A program made the translations under genes and the position numbers. This document shows, in pieces, positions 38,901 to 52,780 of a stretch of 64,000 nucleotides of DNA. Source of the DNA: Isurus oxyrinchus (taxonomy: Eukaryota); assembly GCA_026770705.1 (NCBI GenBank), contig JANJGN010000010.1:111414001-111478000 (forward strand). Direction: 5' to 3'. A model generated the notes under the pieces. That model made no database searches. It saw only the letters and a program-made list of their open reading frames with translations, and was not told where the DNA came from. Positions within the stretch are counted from its first letter, which is position 1. Each line of letters opens with the position of its first letter.

Positions 38901-39469
38901 AAGACATTTAGCAACAAATGAGTCTAAACCTTGATGGTCAGGGTTCATATTTATAGAGCAAGGCTTTTCCTTTTTGGCAGTGGCCATGACAAGCACAATT
39001 ACTCTTTATTAATGCAGTACCACCAGGTCTTCAAACTATATCCAAGTTTATACTGCATATATGCAGAATTCAGGATAGGGCTTTTTGACTTATAAAAACA
39101 GAAATCTGTCAGGGTAGCAAATCTGAAAAGGCAATCTGAAAATTATGTTATGCCAGTGGCAGATTATTTTGTCCCTAAACCACACATTAGGATTAAAATA
39201 TTTCAAACAGAGGTACAGCAGTGAAGTGGTGGGACAGATGGGCCAGTTCATGAGTGCTCTCATGTGCTGGAAGCAGTCATGTTTCAGGCAGGAACATTTC
39301 TGTAGTATATTTTTTTGTATGGGTTCACAGAGATACAGGACAAATATGTTTTTGAAATAGCTAAAACAGGGAAGTCTTTCCCTAAGTTACATGGAAGTTG
39401 CTGCCTGTGAAATAGCAGCCAATGACAAGACACTTGAAAAAATTTCAATGTGCAACAGGTAGGATGTCA

Positions 39470-40187
39470 ATGTGCAACGAGACCTGGGTGTCCTCATACA
39501 CCAGTCGCTGAAGGTATGCATGCAGATGCAGCAGGCAGTAAAGAAGGCAAGTGGTACGCTGGCCTTCACAGCCAGAGGATTTGAATACAGGAGCGGGAAT
39601 GTCTTGCTGCAACTATACAGGGCCTTGGTGAGACCGCACCTGGAATATTGTGTGCAGTTTTGGTCTCCTTATCTGAGGAAGGATGTTCTTGATATAGAGG
39701 GAGTGCAGCAAAGGTTTACCAGACTGGTTCCTGGGATGGTGGGACTGACATATGAGAAGAGATTGAATCGGTTAGGATTATAATCGCTGGAGTTCAGAAG
39801 AATGAGAGGGGATCTCATAGAAACCTATAAAATTCTAACAGGACTAGACAGGGTAGATGCTGGAAGGATGTTCCTGATGGTGGGGGAGTCCAGAACCAGG
39901 GGTCACAGTTTGAGGATACGGGGTAGACTATTTAGGACTCAGATGAGGAGAAATTTCTTCACCCAGAGTGTGGTGAGCCTGTGGAATTCATTACCACAGA
40001 AAGTAGTTGAAACATTGAACGTTTTCAAGAAGGAGTTAGATATAGCTCTTGGGGCAATAGGGATCAAAGGATATGGGGAGAAAGCGGGAGCAGGTTATTG
40101 AGTTGGACGATCAGCCATGATCATAATGAATGGCGGAGCAGGCTCAAAGGGAAAATGGCCTACTCCTGCTTCTAATTTCTATGTTTC
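39470..40187 (+). mobile_element. CR1 3' fragment
   Basis: QRDLGV...LYRALVRPHLEYCVQFWSP...RRNFFTQ; CR1-type 3'UTR. Confidence 0.9.
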
Positions 40188-40499
40188 AGTCTAGAGCTAA
40201 CAAATTAAGCCTAGTCATAGCATAAATGAAGTCTACACTGTCTAGATCAGGTGTGAACAAAATTTTGCCATGTTATCCCATGCCTCATTGTACCTTTGAT
40301 GAAGTTTAATTAATAGTTTAGATATTCAGTAACCCACTTAAATACTCCAGCCTTTTCTGTAATCTAAAGGCAGACAGCTATTGGTTGATGTAAGAAATAC
40401 ATTCTGAAAAAGTTATTTAAATTCTTGCGAATCCAAACTGATTCAATCTGTGTTTCTCAGGCCTTTGCACAATTAAGTTTCCTGCTGTATGTGTCTGAT

Positions 40500-40851
40500 A
40501 TTTTTTTTATTCTTTCATGGGATATGGGTGTTGCTGGCTAAGCCAGCATTTGGTGCCCATCCCTAATTGACCTCAAGAAGGTAGTGGTGAGCTGCCTTCT
40601 TGAACCGCTACAGTCTATATGGTAACAGTTCCGTACAACTGAATGGCTTGCTAGGCTATTTCAGATGGCAGATTTTCATCCTTAAAAAAGTGGTGAGTCT
40701 GATGTGTTTTTACGAAAATCAATGATATTTTCATGACCATCGTTACTGAGAGTAGCTTTCAATTCCAGATTAATTCATTCCATTTATATTAATTAATTTA
40801 AATTCCATCAGCTCCTGTTGTGGGATTTAAGCCCATGTCCCGCGAGCATTA
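40500..40851 (-). mobile_element. Same SINE family; head continues at 42407-42478 beyond the PLE insertion
   Basis: gcccatgtcc..gagcatta | gcctggg...ctggattactagtccagtgacattaccact joins across the PLE. Confidence 0.75.
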
Positions 40852-42406
40852 AGATAAAAGCAAAATACTGCGGATGCTGGATATCTGAAATAAAAACAGA
40901 AAATGCTGGGAAAATTCAGCAGGTCTGACAGCTTCAGTGGAGAGAGAAACAGAGTTAACGTTTCGAGTCCACATGACTTCTTCAGAGATAAAGAGAAGTA
41001 GAAATGTGATGAAACGTAATGAATTTTATACTGTTTAAGTGGGGTGGAGCAGGTGAAGCTGGTGAGCGATAGGTGGGGGCTAAGGAAAGATTGACAGATG
41101 CCATGGACAAAAGGACAAAGGGAGTGTTAATGGTAGTGGTAAGGGTTAAGGAAGGTGCTGATGGTGGCATAAAGGTAAGAAAGCACAATGTGTAAATAGC
41201 AGAACAAGAGTCAGCACTCTGTGAAAGAACAACAGGAATAAGTAACTGGTGGCCCTTTTGGGTGGGGTGGGGGGACGGGGTGGTGGTTGGAGGAAAAAAG
41301 GATAGAGAAAGGGATAAAAAGAGGGGATTAAAAAAATGAATAAATGAAATACATCTTCCTTTCCACCCGTCCAAACCCCTCCTTCCTCCCCCTGACAGCA
41401 TTCCACAGGGACTGTTCCATCCAGGACACCCTGGTCCACTCCTCTATCACCCCCAACACCTTATCCCCTTCCCACGGCACCTTCCCATGCAATCGCAAAA
41501 GGTGCCCCTTTACCTCTTTCTCTTTTCACCTTCCAAGGGCCCAAACCCTCCTTTCAAGTGAAGCAGCATTTCACTCGCACTTCCTTCAATTTAGTCTACT
41601 GCATTCGCTGCTCCCAATGCGGTTTCCTCTACATTGGAGAGACCAAACGCAGACTTGTTGACCGCTTTGTGGAACTCCTTCAGTCTGTCTGCAAGCATGA
41701 CCTAGACCTCCCTGTCGCTTGCCATTTCAACACACCACCCTGCTCTCATGCCCATATGTCCGTACTTGGCCTGCTGCAATATTCCAGTGAAGCTCAATGC
41801 AAACTGGAGGAACAGCACCTCATCTTCCGACTAGGCACTCTGCAGCCTTCCGGACTTCATTGTTTCAACAACTTCAGACCATGAACTCCCTCCTTTATAT
41901 TCGCATCTTTTTTAATCCCTTTCTTAAAATTTAGTTTTTTTTTATCTACTTATTTTTATTCAATTATTCATTGTTTTATCCCCTTTTTACCCCTCTTTTA
42001 TCCCCAAACACTGCCCCCTCACCCTATCCCATCCCCCAAAAGGGCCATCTGCTCCTTGTTCCATGTTCTTTCACAGAGTGCTGATCCTTGTTTTCCTGTT
42101 AACACAATGTGCTTTCTTACCGTTATGCCACTAGCAGCACCTTCTTTAGTCCTTACTACTACCATTAACACTCCCTTTGTCTTGTGTCCATGACATCATT
42201 TGTCAATCTCTCCTCAGCCCCCACCTATCGCTGGCCTTCTATCCAGCTTCACCTACTCCACTCCCCTTTAAACAATATAAATTTTATCACATTTCTGCTT
42301 CTCTTTAGCTCTGAAGGGTCATACGGACTTGAAATGTTGACTCTGTTTCTCTCTCCACAGATCCTGTCAAGCCTGTTGAGGATTTCCAGCATTTTCTGTT
42401 TTTATT
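40852..42406 (+). mobile_element. Penelope-like element with inverted 5' copy of its 3' end
   Basis: GIY-YIG ORF 41558-41884 (VYCIRCSQCGFLYIGETKRRL); ~40888-41345 is an inverted copy of ~41945-42406; imperfect 14-bp TSD tcccgcgagcatta / tccccagagcatta; inserted into a SINE. Confidence 0.88.
40953..40989 (-). ncRNA. Minimal hammerhead-like motif in PLE terminus
   Basis: Minus strand reads CTGAAGA-AGTC(atgtg)GACT-C-GAAA-CGTT-AACT; canonical CUGANGA and GAAA boxes, degenerate stem I. Confidence 0.55.
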
Positions 42407-42784
42407 TCCCCAGAGCATTAGCCTGGGCCACTGGATTACTAGTCCAGTGACATTACCACTGCGTCAGTGTCTGCCCCAAATACATTATTGTTTAGCTTGA
42501 ACGGAACAATTGGACAATGAATTATTTTATTCCAGCCCTTTGAAGTGAACCACTGACAAGGGGATCTAGTGCCCAAACCTGTTGTACAGAAATGTTAACT
42601 GACTATTTCATTCATGTCACGTACAAGAGTGCAAGTTCCAGCTTAAGAGACACTGATCTGTTTATGGAAACTAATATCTTATCACAAGAATAGTGTTACG
42701 AGAGACACAAAATCGTACCAGCTACACAGTTGTACTGTTCAGTTTTGGGTTACAGTACACAGGTGTTTCGAGACTTCAGTACAA

Positions 42785-43300
42785 AATCCAGGTTCACACT
42801 CCAGTGCATTACTGAGGGAATACTACACAGTCAGAAACACTGTTTTTCGGATGAGACTCTGCACTGAGGCTCCCCTGCCCTCTCAGGTGAATGCCAATGA
42901 TTCCACGGCACTATTTTGAACAGAAACAGGGTGGATCTCTACAGTGTTCAAGTCAATATTCATTCTGCAACCAGCATTGAAAATCTCCTAATTATCACAC
43001 TGCTGTTTGTACTTATGAATATACATACAAATTAAGAGGAGTAGGTCACTCAGCTCTTCGAGCCTGCTCCACCATTCAATGAGATCATGGCTGTTCTGAC
43101 TGTAACCTTTACTCCACATTCCCGCCTACCACCATTACCTTTCACCCCCTTCCTTGTAAAAGATTGCTGTGATGTTTCATATCTTATATGATTATATTAT
43201 ATATTATATATTGACTACATTTCAAAAGTGCTTAATTGGCTATAAGGTACTTTAGGACAACCTGAGGCCATGAAGGGCGCTAACTAAATGCAAGTCTTTT
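42785..43300 (+). mobile_element. Deu-domain SINE, interrupted by a CR1 tail (~43010-43160, minus)
   Basis: ttttcggatgagac...cctgccctctcaggtg...ggcactattttgaa body; ends aaatgcaagtctttttt. Confidence 0.65.
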
Positions 43301-45289
43301 TTTCCTTTTAATGGCAAGGGATCCTCAAAGACCCAGAGCGAAAGAAACAGATTGGCAAATGTGGGATTGCAGGAAGAGAACGGGATCAGGGAAATATGTC
43401 TCCGGTCAAGAAGGTTGAAGAGCAAACTCACGCGAATGAAGAACCAGACAGATAGGTCTGAAGGATGTTATTAAGTGATGTTAAGACTGTATTGACAGGG
43501 CACATTCCAGTATTAATGAATTACTAAACGCACAGTACTAAATGCTTTTCTAGTTACCACATCAAGGTCCCTAATTTGAATGGACTTAACTCAGCCTCAT
43601 TTGTAAGTCAAGGTGTGCCAGTGAAACAAAGCTAAATATAAACACCAACTTTTGGCACACTTCCCAACCTGTCTGCTTGAAACCATCAATTGCTCATCAA
43701 CCGCCAAGCAATACAGCAAACTATTTTAACAATGCTTCCAATTAAGTTCCACCCATTTTAACAGTTGCCACAAATGGGAGGGTTTCAGGATTAGAGAGAA
43801 TTTGAAAGTTTGCTACCAAAGATTGTCAGAAGCAAAGAATTTCACATTGATCCTCAACCGTGACATGGCAGATTTTAATTAAAGGCACAATCTGTATCCC
43901 AGAAGCAGTCTATCAGTGCAGATCTCACGCCACCAGAAACAATCCTGCCAATGCTGCATGCAAAATGAGTGTCCGGTTTTTTACACTCACCCATCCCATC
44001 ATTAATACTTCTACCTGCGCTCATGAAACTATAGAACAGGAAAGGTCACAAGATGAACAGGAGGGAGAGAAAGAATGAGATGACAGCTGTAGGTGTAGTG
44101 AAACTGCTACATATTCATTTCGATGAGCTGCCTTCCCTGGTAGAACTTTCTGTGTCCCATGATAGTCAGAAACCATTAGTTCTCAGATATTTTAGTTATT
44201 AGGGACCATGGAACTGATACTTTCCATTAAAAGACCTGTAGGCAACAACTGATGAGTTATATTTTAATGTAAATTTGGAATTAGTTTTGTTTAAAATCTA
44301 TATAGCGTGACACTGATCGTGTAATCTTTCCCTCCAATTCATTCACTCTCTATAAAGGACGGCAGAGAAAGAAATTGTTTTCCAGCAAAGATGCATTCAT
44401 GATTAGCAAATGTTCTTCAAGCTATCAGTGAGATGCTGTTTTTCAGAACACTTTACTGAGAATGTGTTTTCTGTTTTTACATAATAGCTTCAAGCAAAGA
44501 ATCTTCCTTACAATGTAGAAAAATATCACGAATAGTGTGTGGGAGAATTGTAATCTAGAAGGACTTGCATTTATATAGCACCTTTCACAACCAACAGATG
44601 ACTCAAAACACTTTATTACTTCCCCAACCTACTCTAAGGGTAAACAGATCAACTTTATATGCTAAAGACATTTAAGAGCTTACGAGCACAATGATATTAA
44701 AATAAAATTCACACCCAATAACACACCAATGCTCTAACCATGCCACGACTCCCCTGCCCCAATATCACACCGTACAAATCCCCCTATTAATAGGATTATT
44801 GTGCAAGCTTTACATACACATTTAGGTGTTAAATCTAACCACAAAGCAGCCTAAAACTGACCTCTAATGGCCAGAAGGCTGAATTAACCCTGTATTAGTC
44901 CCAGACTCTGACCAGCTGTCACCTGCAGTGCCTATTCATGATCAGACCAATTCAGAGACCAAGCAAGTAGGCAGAGCGTCACCTAGCACGAGAATCATCA
45001 ACTCTCATCAATACTCAATGAGATGACAAGGAATAATCAACCACTTGTGGTCAGAAATGTTTTGAATGCATCCGAAATGTCAAAGGAGGATATTATGCTG
45101 TTCAATATAGCAAATTGTTTTCAGAAGTTAATTGCATAAGGTATCCACTAAGTTCTAAAAAGCACCTTCAGGAAAGGCAGAATATAAAACAAACCAAATA
45201 TGGTCATCTATTTTAATGAGTACACAGCTCATAGCTCTACATTCATACAAGGTGGCAAGAGTTCATTTCTACAGGTGTGTGAACAGCAA

Positions 45290-47527
45290 ATAAGACCATA
45301 AGACATAGGAGCAGAAATTAGGCCATTCAGCCCATCGAGTCTGCTCCGCCATTCAATCATGGCTGATAAGTTTCTCAACCCCATTCTCCCACCTTCTCCC
45401 TGTAACCTTTGATCCCCTTACCAATCAAGAACCTATCTATCTCGGTCTCAAATACACTCAATGACCTGGCCTCCACAGCATTCCGTGGCAATGAATTCCA
45501 TAGATTCACCACTCTCTGGCTAAAGAAGTTTCTCCTCATCTCTGTTCTAAAAGGTCTTCCCTTTACTCTGAGGCTGTGCCCTCAGGTCCTAGTCCCTCCT
45601 AATGAAAACATCTTCCCCACGTTCACTCTATCCAGGCCTTTCAGTATTCTGTAAGTTTCAATCAGATCCCCCCTCATCCTACTAAACTCCATCGAGTATA
45701 GACCCAGAGTCCTCAAACGTTCCTCATATGTTAAGCCTTTCATTCCTGGGATCATTCTTGTGAACCTCCTCTGGACCCTCTCCACAGCCAGCACATCCTT
45801 CTGAGATACGGGGCCCAAAATTGCTCACAATATTCTAAATGTGGTCTCACCAGAGCCTTATAAAGCCTCAGCAGCATATCCCTGCCTCTATATTCTAGTC
45901 CTCTCAAAATAAATGCCAACATTAAATTTGCCTTCCTAACTACCGACTCAACCTGCAAGTTAACCTTAAGAGAATCCTGGACTAGGACTCCCAAGTCCCT
46001 TTGCACTCCAGATTTCTGAATTCTCTCCCCATTTAGAAAATAGTCTATGCCTCTATTCTTCCTGCCAAAGAACATGACCTCACACTTCCCCACGTTGTAT
46101 TCCATCTGCCACTTCTTTCCCATTCTCCTAACCAGTCCAAATCCTTCTGCAGCCTTCCCACCTCCTCAATACTACCTGTCCCTCCACCTATCTTTGTATC
46201 ATCTGCAAACTTAGCCAAGATGCCCTCAGTTCCTTCATCTAGATCATTAATGTATAAAGTGAAAAGTTGTGGTCCCAACACTGACCCCTGTGGAATTCCA
46301 CTAGTCACCGGCTGCCATCCTGAGAAGGACCCCCTTATCCCCACTCTCTGCCTCCTGCCATACAGCCAATCTACTATCCATGCTAGTACCTTGCCTCTAA
46401 CACCATGGGCTCTTATCTTACTGAGCAGCCTCCTGTGCTGCACCTTGTCAAAGGCCTTCTGGAAGTCCAAGGAGATAACATCCATTGGCTCTCCTTTGTC
46501 TAACCTACTCGTTACCTCCTCAAAGAATTCTAACAGATTTGTCAGGCATGACCTCCCCTTGATGAAACCATGCTGACTTTGTCCTATTTTACCATGGACT
46601 TCCAAGTATTCTGAAATCTCATCCTTAATAATGGACTCTAAAATCTTACCAACGACCGAGGTCAGGGTAATCGGCCTGTAATTTCCCGTCTTTTGTCTCA
46701 CTCCCTTCTTAAACAAGGGGGTTACATTAGCCATTTTCCAGTCCTCTGGGACCCTCCCTGACTCGAGTGATTCCTGAAAGATCACCATTAACGCCTCCAC
46801 TATCTCTTCAGCCATCTCATTCAGAACTCTGGGGTAATCCATCTGGTCCAGGTGATTTATCCTCCTTCAGACCTTTCAGTTTTCCTAGCACCTTCTCCTT
46901 GGTAATGGCCACCATAATCACCTCTGGCCCCCTACTCTCTTGAACTTTGGGAATGTTACTCGTGTCTTCCACCGTGAAGACTGACACAAAGTACCTATTC
47001 AGTTCCTCCGCCATTTCTTTGTTCCCCACTACTACTTCTCCAGCGTCACTTTCCAGCGGCCCCAATGTCCACTTTTGCCTCTCTCTTACCCTTTATTTAT
47101 CTAAAAAAACTCTTGCAATCTTCATTTATATTACTGGCTAGTTTACCCTCATATTTAATCTTCTCCCTCCTTATTTCTTTTTTAGTTGTCCTCTGTTGGT
47201 CTTTGTAGGCTTCTCAATCCCCTGGTTTCCCACTGCTCTTCGCCGCATTGTATGCTTTCTCTTTAGCTTTTATGCTGTCCCTGACTTCCCTTGTCAGCCA
47301 TGGTTGCCTTGTCCTCCCTTTAGTATGCTTCTTCTTCCTAGGGATGAATTTTTGCTGTGTATCCCAAATTACTCCCAGAAACTCCTGCCATTGCTGTTCC
47401 ACTATCTTTCTCGCTAGGCTCATCTCCCAGTCAATTCTGGCCAGCTCCTCCCTCATGCCTCTGTAGTTGCCTTTATTCAACCGTAATACCGTTACACCTG
47501 ATTCGAGCTTTATCCTTTCAAATTGCA
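45290..47527 (-). mobile_element. 5'-truncated CR1 LINE (copy B), same subfamily as copy C
   Basis: ORFs 46045-46842 and 45752-46123 are near-identical to the copy C RT (FADD intact); same 3' tail. Confidence 0.95.
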
Positions 47528-48497
47528 AATTTCAAATATCCGGTTAAGTAAAGCTGTGAATTGCTTCCTGAATTTTACAGTAATTTAAACAGAATTTTTC
47601 TCCAGCAAAACAGCCCAAACCTGCCCGTGCTCATTATGAATTGAGAATACATGCAACTACATGCAAGGACTACCAAAATTAGGAATATAGATCCAGAAGG
47701 GTTGAAACTGTACAGCAGATGCTAAATGAAAAGACACATGAAATGCTAACACACTTTATCTTGAACCTCTAAGGCCCCAGCATATCATCTATTTCACTTT
47801 CTTTAAACTCCAATATCCATTTGCAGTAAAGAATACCACGCAGTGTTGCAATTCAACTGCAAATTCAAGGACAAGTAACGCTAGCAGGAATTTTGTGCAG
47901 TGAGCTCATGCCCACTGGGACTTCATGCAAGACGTAACTGATTGCATTCAGGGCCTTCAAAGAGGAATCGGAAATATACAGTTTAATAAATCCCATGCCG
48001 CATATCACTTCCAGAACAGTATAACGTGCACTTTCATGTCTGTATGCGACTGCAATCAAATAGGACATTTTCATGAGATCATTGGAATTACTCCTTTGAC
48101 TATCAAAGCAAAACTATAATCTTCACCCACACCCCGTTTGATTTCATCAGATGATTTAATCTGATGTAGTCCTTTTGAACAGGAAGCACATTCTAAACTT
48201 GGCATTCCTTAATGAAAGAGTTATTAATTTAGTGCTGTTTAATTCTACACTAATGGTAATTAATATTTTATCAACAATGAATTTCAGTATGGTTCTTGTA
48301 TATGGTTTCTAACAAGACTCCAAGACCAACTGCTCAACTCCTGCAAGGTTTTTCTCTTTTACCTTTTGCATATTGTATGTGTAGGTGAGTGCCTGTGGGT
48401 TGAATGGAGATGGATCCTGGGCAGAAGTAACAACGTGCCACTTTAGGATATGCTCGATGAACTAGCTAGTCTTTTATCTGTCCAGGTCACTGGCCTT

Positions 48498-48592
48498 TCT
48501 GGTGAAAGGTCACTGACCTCAAATGTTTACGCTGTTTCTCTCACCGCAGATGCTGCCTGATCTAAGCATTTGCAGTATTTTCTGTTATTTCA
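48498..48592 (+). mobile_element. Old Penelope-like terminal fragment
   Basis: ctggtgaaaggtcactgacctcaaatgttt...gatgctgcctga...ttttctgttatttc resembles the PLE 3' ends at 42300-42406. Confidence 0.6.
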
Positions 48593-48869
48593 TAACCAGT
48601 CTTTGATGATTGCTTAATGATTCACAGGTCTTATCTGGATTTCAGAACTCGTACGTTCTGGCATGAACTGGTTGGGCTGAATGGTCTGTCTGGTGCCATA
48701 TATCCTGAGCAAGTTTAAAATCCAAAATGACCACCAATTCTTGCACATTCTCATCCCTACACCAACCCCTCCCTCAATTTTTTTTTTCCATTCTTTCTTG
48801 GGATATGAGCATTACTGGCAAGATCAGCATTTATTACCCAACCCTAACTGCAAGAAACATGGGAGCCAA

Positions 48870-49110
48870 TTTGTATATGGCTTGGTCCCACAAATAGCAA
48901 TGAGATAAATGGGCCACGTCATTTACTTTTCGTTGAGTAGGTCTAGAAATAAATGCTGCTGAGTGCGCAGAGACTTTTCTACACTGGTGCCAAGGGATCC
49001 TTTATGTCCAGCTGAAGGCTGATGGGCCTTCAGTTTAAAGTCCTAACTTGGTACCTCCTACAGTGCAGCATTCCTACAGTACTGCACTGAAGTGTTAGAG
49101 TAGATGACAG
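48870..49110 (-). mobile_element. Deu-domain SINE fragment
   Basis: ggtcccacaaatagcaatgagataa...cagtgcagcattcc.acagtactgcactgaagtgt. Confidence 0.55.
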
Positions 49111-51409
49111 GCTCAGGTCAACAAGGTAGTAGGAGGCATTGAAGGGTTAAGGTACAAGGAACCAGAGTCTTTGTTCTGCAAAGAAGCCACAGCCATGGTT
49201 ATTAATATTAAACTGACTGTGAGCTCAGCCTGCACATATCTCTGGAATGTTTTCAGATTTAGTGAAGTCATATTTTTCTCACGCTGCTCTTTCACACAAC
49301 ACATAATGACTGCACATGTTCTCTCTACATTCTTTACTACAACACACACAAACGCACAGGTATTTTATAGCGTGACTGGACTCCACCCAGAAAAACCAAG
49401 TATACAATTAGTGAATTTGGATCACAGCCTCTTAACGCTCCATACAACATCACTCCAATAATTATCCAGGTAAACATGCTAACACTCATGATGGTGCTGA
49501 AGTATTGTAGTTATCAAGGGTTTGGGCACAAAAAACACATGCACATATGCACTGTGTTCTTGTCCCCAGCACCTATCACCCTGACTCAAACTGATTGGGA
49601 AGCGAATGACTCAGAGAGGGCAACGGCCTCTTGAATGATAGGGGAGTCCATTATGGGGAACTGGCAGGCAGGTAGATTTGAGGGCAAGATCAGGTCACCC
49701 ATGTTTGAGCAGACTAGAGGGTGTGTATGACCTACTCCTGCTCCTATTATCTTTTTAATGATACAAATCGAAAGGGGGAAAGGTAACTTGATTTTATTGA
49801 CTGGATCAACAAAATCATTTTAATAGATGGCATGATGTGAGATCAACAAGGATACCTGGCTTTGTCCCAGCTGGAGAGGTAAGGTACAATTGCAGCAAGG
49901 TAATAACTATTTTCAGTACATGAGTGGCAAGGCAAACTCACAAGTCAAAGTTTTGATGTTGCCCAGTAATTACCAGGGATGGTTAATTCTAAAAAGCTAT
50001 GTGGTGCCAGAAACAGAATAAGCCTCAACATTTTTATCCAACATATTAAACGGGGGGCACTAGAATGGCCATTAGTTCTGGGGGGATTCATAGGGCATAG
50101 AGTCAGGTGGGTTTGGTCAAGATTGGAAAAATGCCCCCTTCTGTTTCTCGGTTCTGTCAGGACATCACCCTTTAGTCATGGGGCTTCAGCCTCCAATCTT
50201 CTCCTGGGAAGACGAATCTGTATCTTAAGTGGGAGCCCCTCCAGCATCTGCTGCATGGAGCAAAGGATGTAGTTAAATAGACCACCTCCCTTGTCACTAT
50301 CAAAAATGAGTTTGGTTAACTAACACCAGTACAATAAAAGATGATCCTCTACAAAGCAAATGGTTTGAGACTTAGCCTTCCTAGATATGTTACGACAGAG
50401 GGGTTGAATAATGAAAGGAGTCTGTCAGCTGATGAGACGTAGCCTTGTCCAATATGGATAAATAAATACAGTACCCTCACCCCCACACCCTGCCCTAGCT
50501 CCTTTGCAAGTGCCTGCCCTTCTGAAACCTATTGTGGCAGCTGCACTGAGCGGAATGTCTGAATTCTTGTTGCGGGTTCATTAATCCAGGATGATCACAG
50601 CATTCAAGCAATTTCAAACCACAGGACACCAGAGAGTTGAAAACACCAGTGATGTAGCAAAGTCTGGTTAGATAGTCAAACTTCAGGACAATGGAGGTGC
50701 AGAAAGCTGCATTCTCTTTGCATGTGCTCAGCATGGTGTGGGGTCATGCAGACTAAATAGGAGCTAATTAGTGGAGAAATGATTACCTTGACTGAACAGT
50801 GCCACAGATTTGGATAACAACAGCAAAGTTAATGGATAAGGGGTAAAGAAACGCAAGTTATATGAACCAGAGGATGGCAACCCATTTTGAGGTCTCCTCG
50901 TGAAGGGTGACAGCACATTTTGCAAATGTTACTGCAATGTTTCTTAAAGTATACTTTTACAAATGCAGTCACAGCCCTCCCAGTACATTCCAATTTATTA
51001 TTCCCAACAAAAAAAATTGTGCTTATGACTGTTTCTGTACCCAATCATTGCCCACCAATTCCTGCTAGAAAGTATACAAGATAGAACTGGACTTAGCTGT
51101 GATGCCCACTGCTGCTGAACAGCCTGCAGGCTCCCATGTGAAGACGGGCTATCTGTTGAGGGATAAGGTGGTACAGGGGTACCTGCAGAATCATACCCTA
51201 ATGCAGCTGAATGCCCTCAGGAGACGAGGGATGAAGAGAGGAAATGAAAGAAATTCTTATAATACTTTGATAGGGAGGCACCCTCTTTTAAGGGATTGTA
51301 CTCCTAGCTATGATTGTTGTTTATGATTGTGCAGATTACACTTTGGAACATGGGACCATGAACTAATTGAAGTCCCTCTCTTCAAACTGTAGCAATGGTT
51401 GTATAAAGA

Positions 51410-51762
51410 AAAACTTCCATTAGGCAGTACTTTTCACGACCACCAGACGTCTCAAAATGCTTTACAGCCAATGAGGTCTTTTTGAAGTGTGGTCACCATT
51501 GTAACTTAGCAAACACAGCAGCTAATTTACACTCAGCAAACTCCCACAAACAGCAAAGTGATAACGACCAGTTAATCTGTTTTTTGTGACACTGATTGAC
51601 GGATAAGTATTGCCCAGGACACTGGGGAGAACTTCTCCCCTTTCCTTTGAAACAGTGCCACGGGGTCTTCTACATCCACCCCAGTCGGCAGATGGGGTTT
51701 ACTGTTTCACTTGAAAGATGGCACCTCCGACAATGCAGCACTCCCTCAATAAGACACTGGAG
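51410..51762 (-). mobile_element. Deu-domain SINE
   Basis: tttacagccaatgagg...ctcccacaaacagca...ccaggacactggggagaac...gcagcactccctca. Confidence 0.7.
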
Positions 51763-52289
51763 TAAATAAACTATTCAGGTCTGAGAGTCCTCACAAATTG
51801 AAGCCTACAGAGTTTGTACAATGAAATTTACCAGCAGCAGTGCAGACTGGAATGAGATGTGCAGAAGCCTGAGCTAACAGCCTTAACACCACAGATGCCA
51901 GATTCTGTTCTCTGGGGAGCACGCTTCACGCTGGGTGAGATTGGCATTCCAGATGGCTTGAAGTCGGGAGTGCCCTATTGGGACAAGCACAGGCTTCCTG
52001 CTGCCCAGCTGGCAGCTGTCAAACTCCTCAGCAGGGCTAGCCATGGTAAATGTGTGTGACACCGATTCAGCATTGAAAAGTTGCCAGAATGCAGCAGTGG
52101 CCAAAGAAAGCAGCTCAGCAATGAGAACTACGCTAAGTGAAAAACTCAACTGCATATTCATCATGTTAATCCAATAGATTAATTAATTAAAAGGATACAG
52201 GTTCCTGAGTTTAATAAAGGCATTGAATAGAATAAAAACAAAGTTACAATGCCTTTATGTATCTCTGGTTCAGCCTTAGCAGTAGTATT

Positions 52290-52780
52290 ATGGCCAAATC
52301 TGATCACTTCACTTCACTTGAGGAGGGACATCAAACCTTGGACAGGGTACAGTGCAGATTTACCAGAATCATATCAGAGGTGAAGAACTTGTTGCATGGA
52401 GGGGTTAGAGACATTGGGATTGCTTTTCTTAGAGCAGGGAAGGTAAAAAATTATGAGAGGTTTTGATGAAACTCTGAAGGGGAATGCTGAAGGGACAATA
52501 ACCAGAAGACACGGGATTAAGATAAATGGGAAAAATGAGAAGAAATTGTTTTCCACAGCAAATTATGATGATTTGGAATGCACTGCCCGAAAGGGTGGTG
52601 GAAACAGATTCAATAGTAACTTAATAAAACTGATAAATTGGATGTATACCTTAAGTGGGAAAATTTGCAGAGCTACGGGGAAAAAACAGGTGAATGGGAT
52701 TAGTTTGATCTTGCTCACAAAGGGTCAACATAGGCACAATGGGCTGAATGGCCACAACCTGCCTCAAGATTCTACAGTGC
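52290..52780 (+). mobile_element. Old CR1 3' fragment
   Basis: LDRVQCRFTRII, TRRHGIKI, tggaatgcactgcc and gggctgaatggcc tail motifs. Confidence 0.7.
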
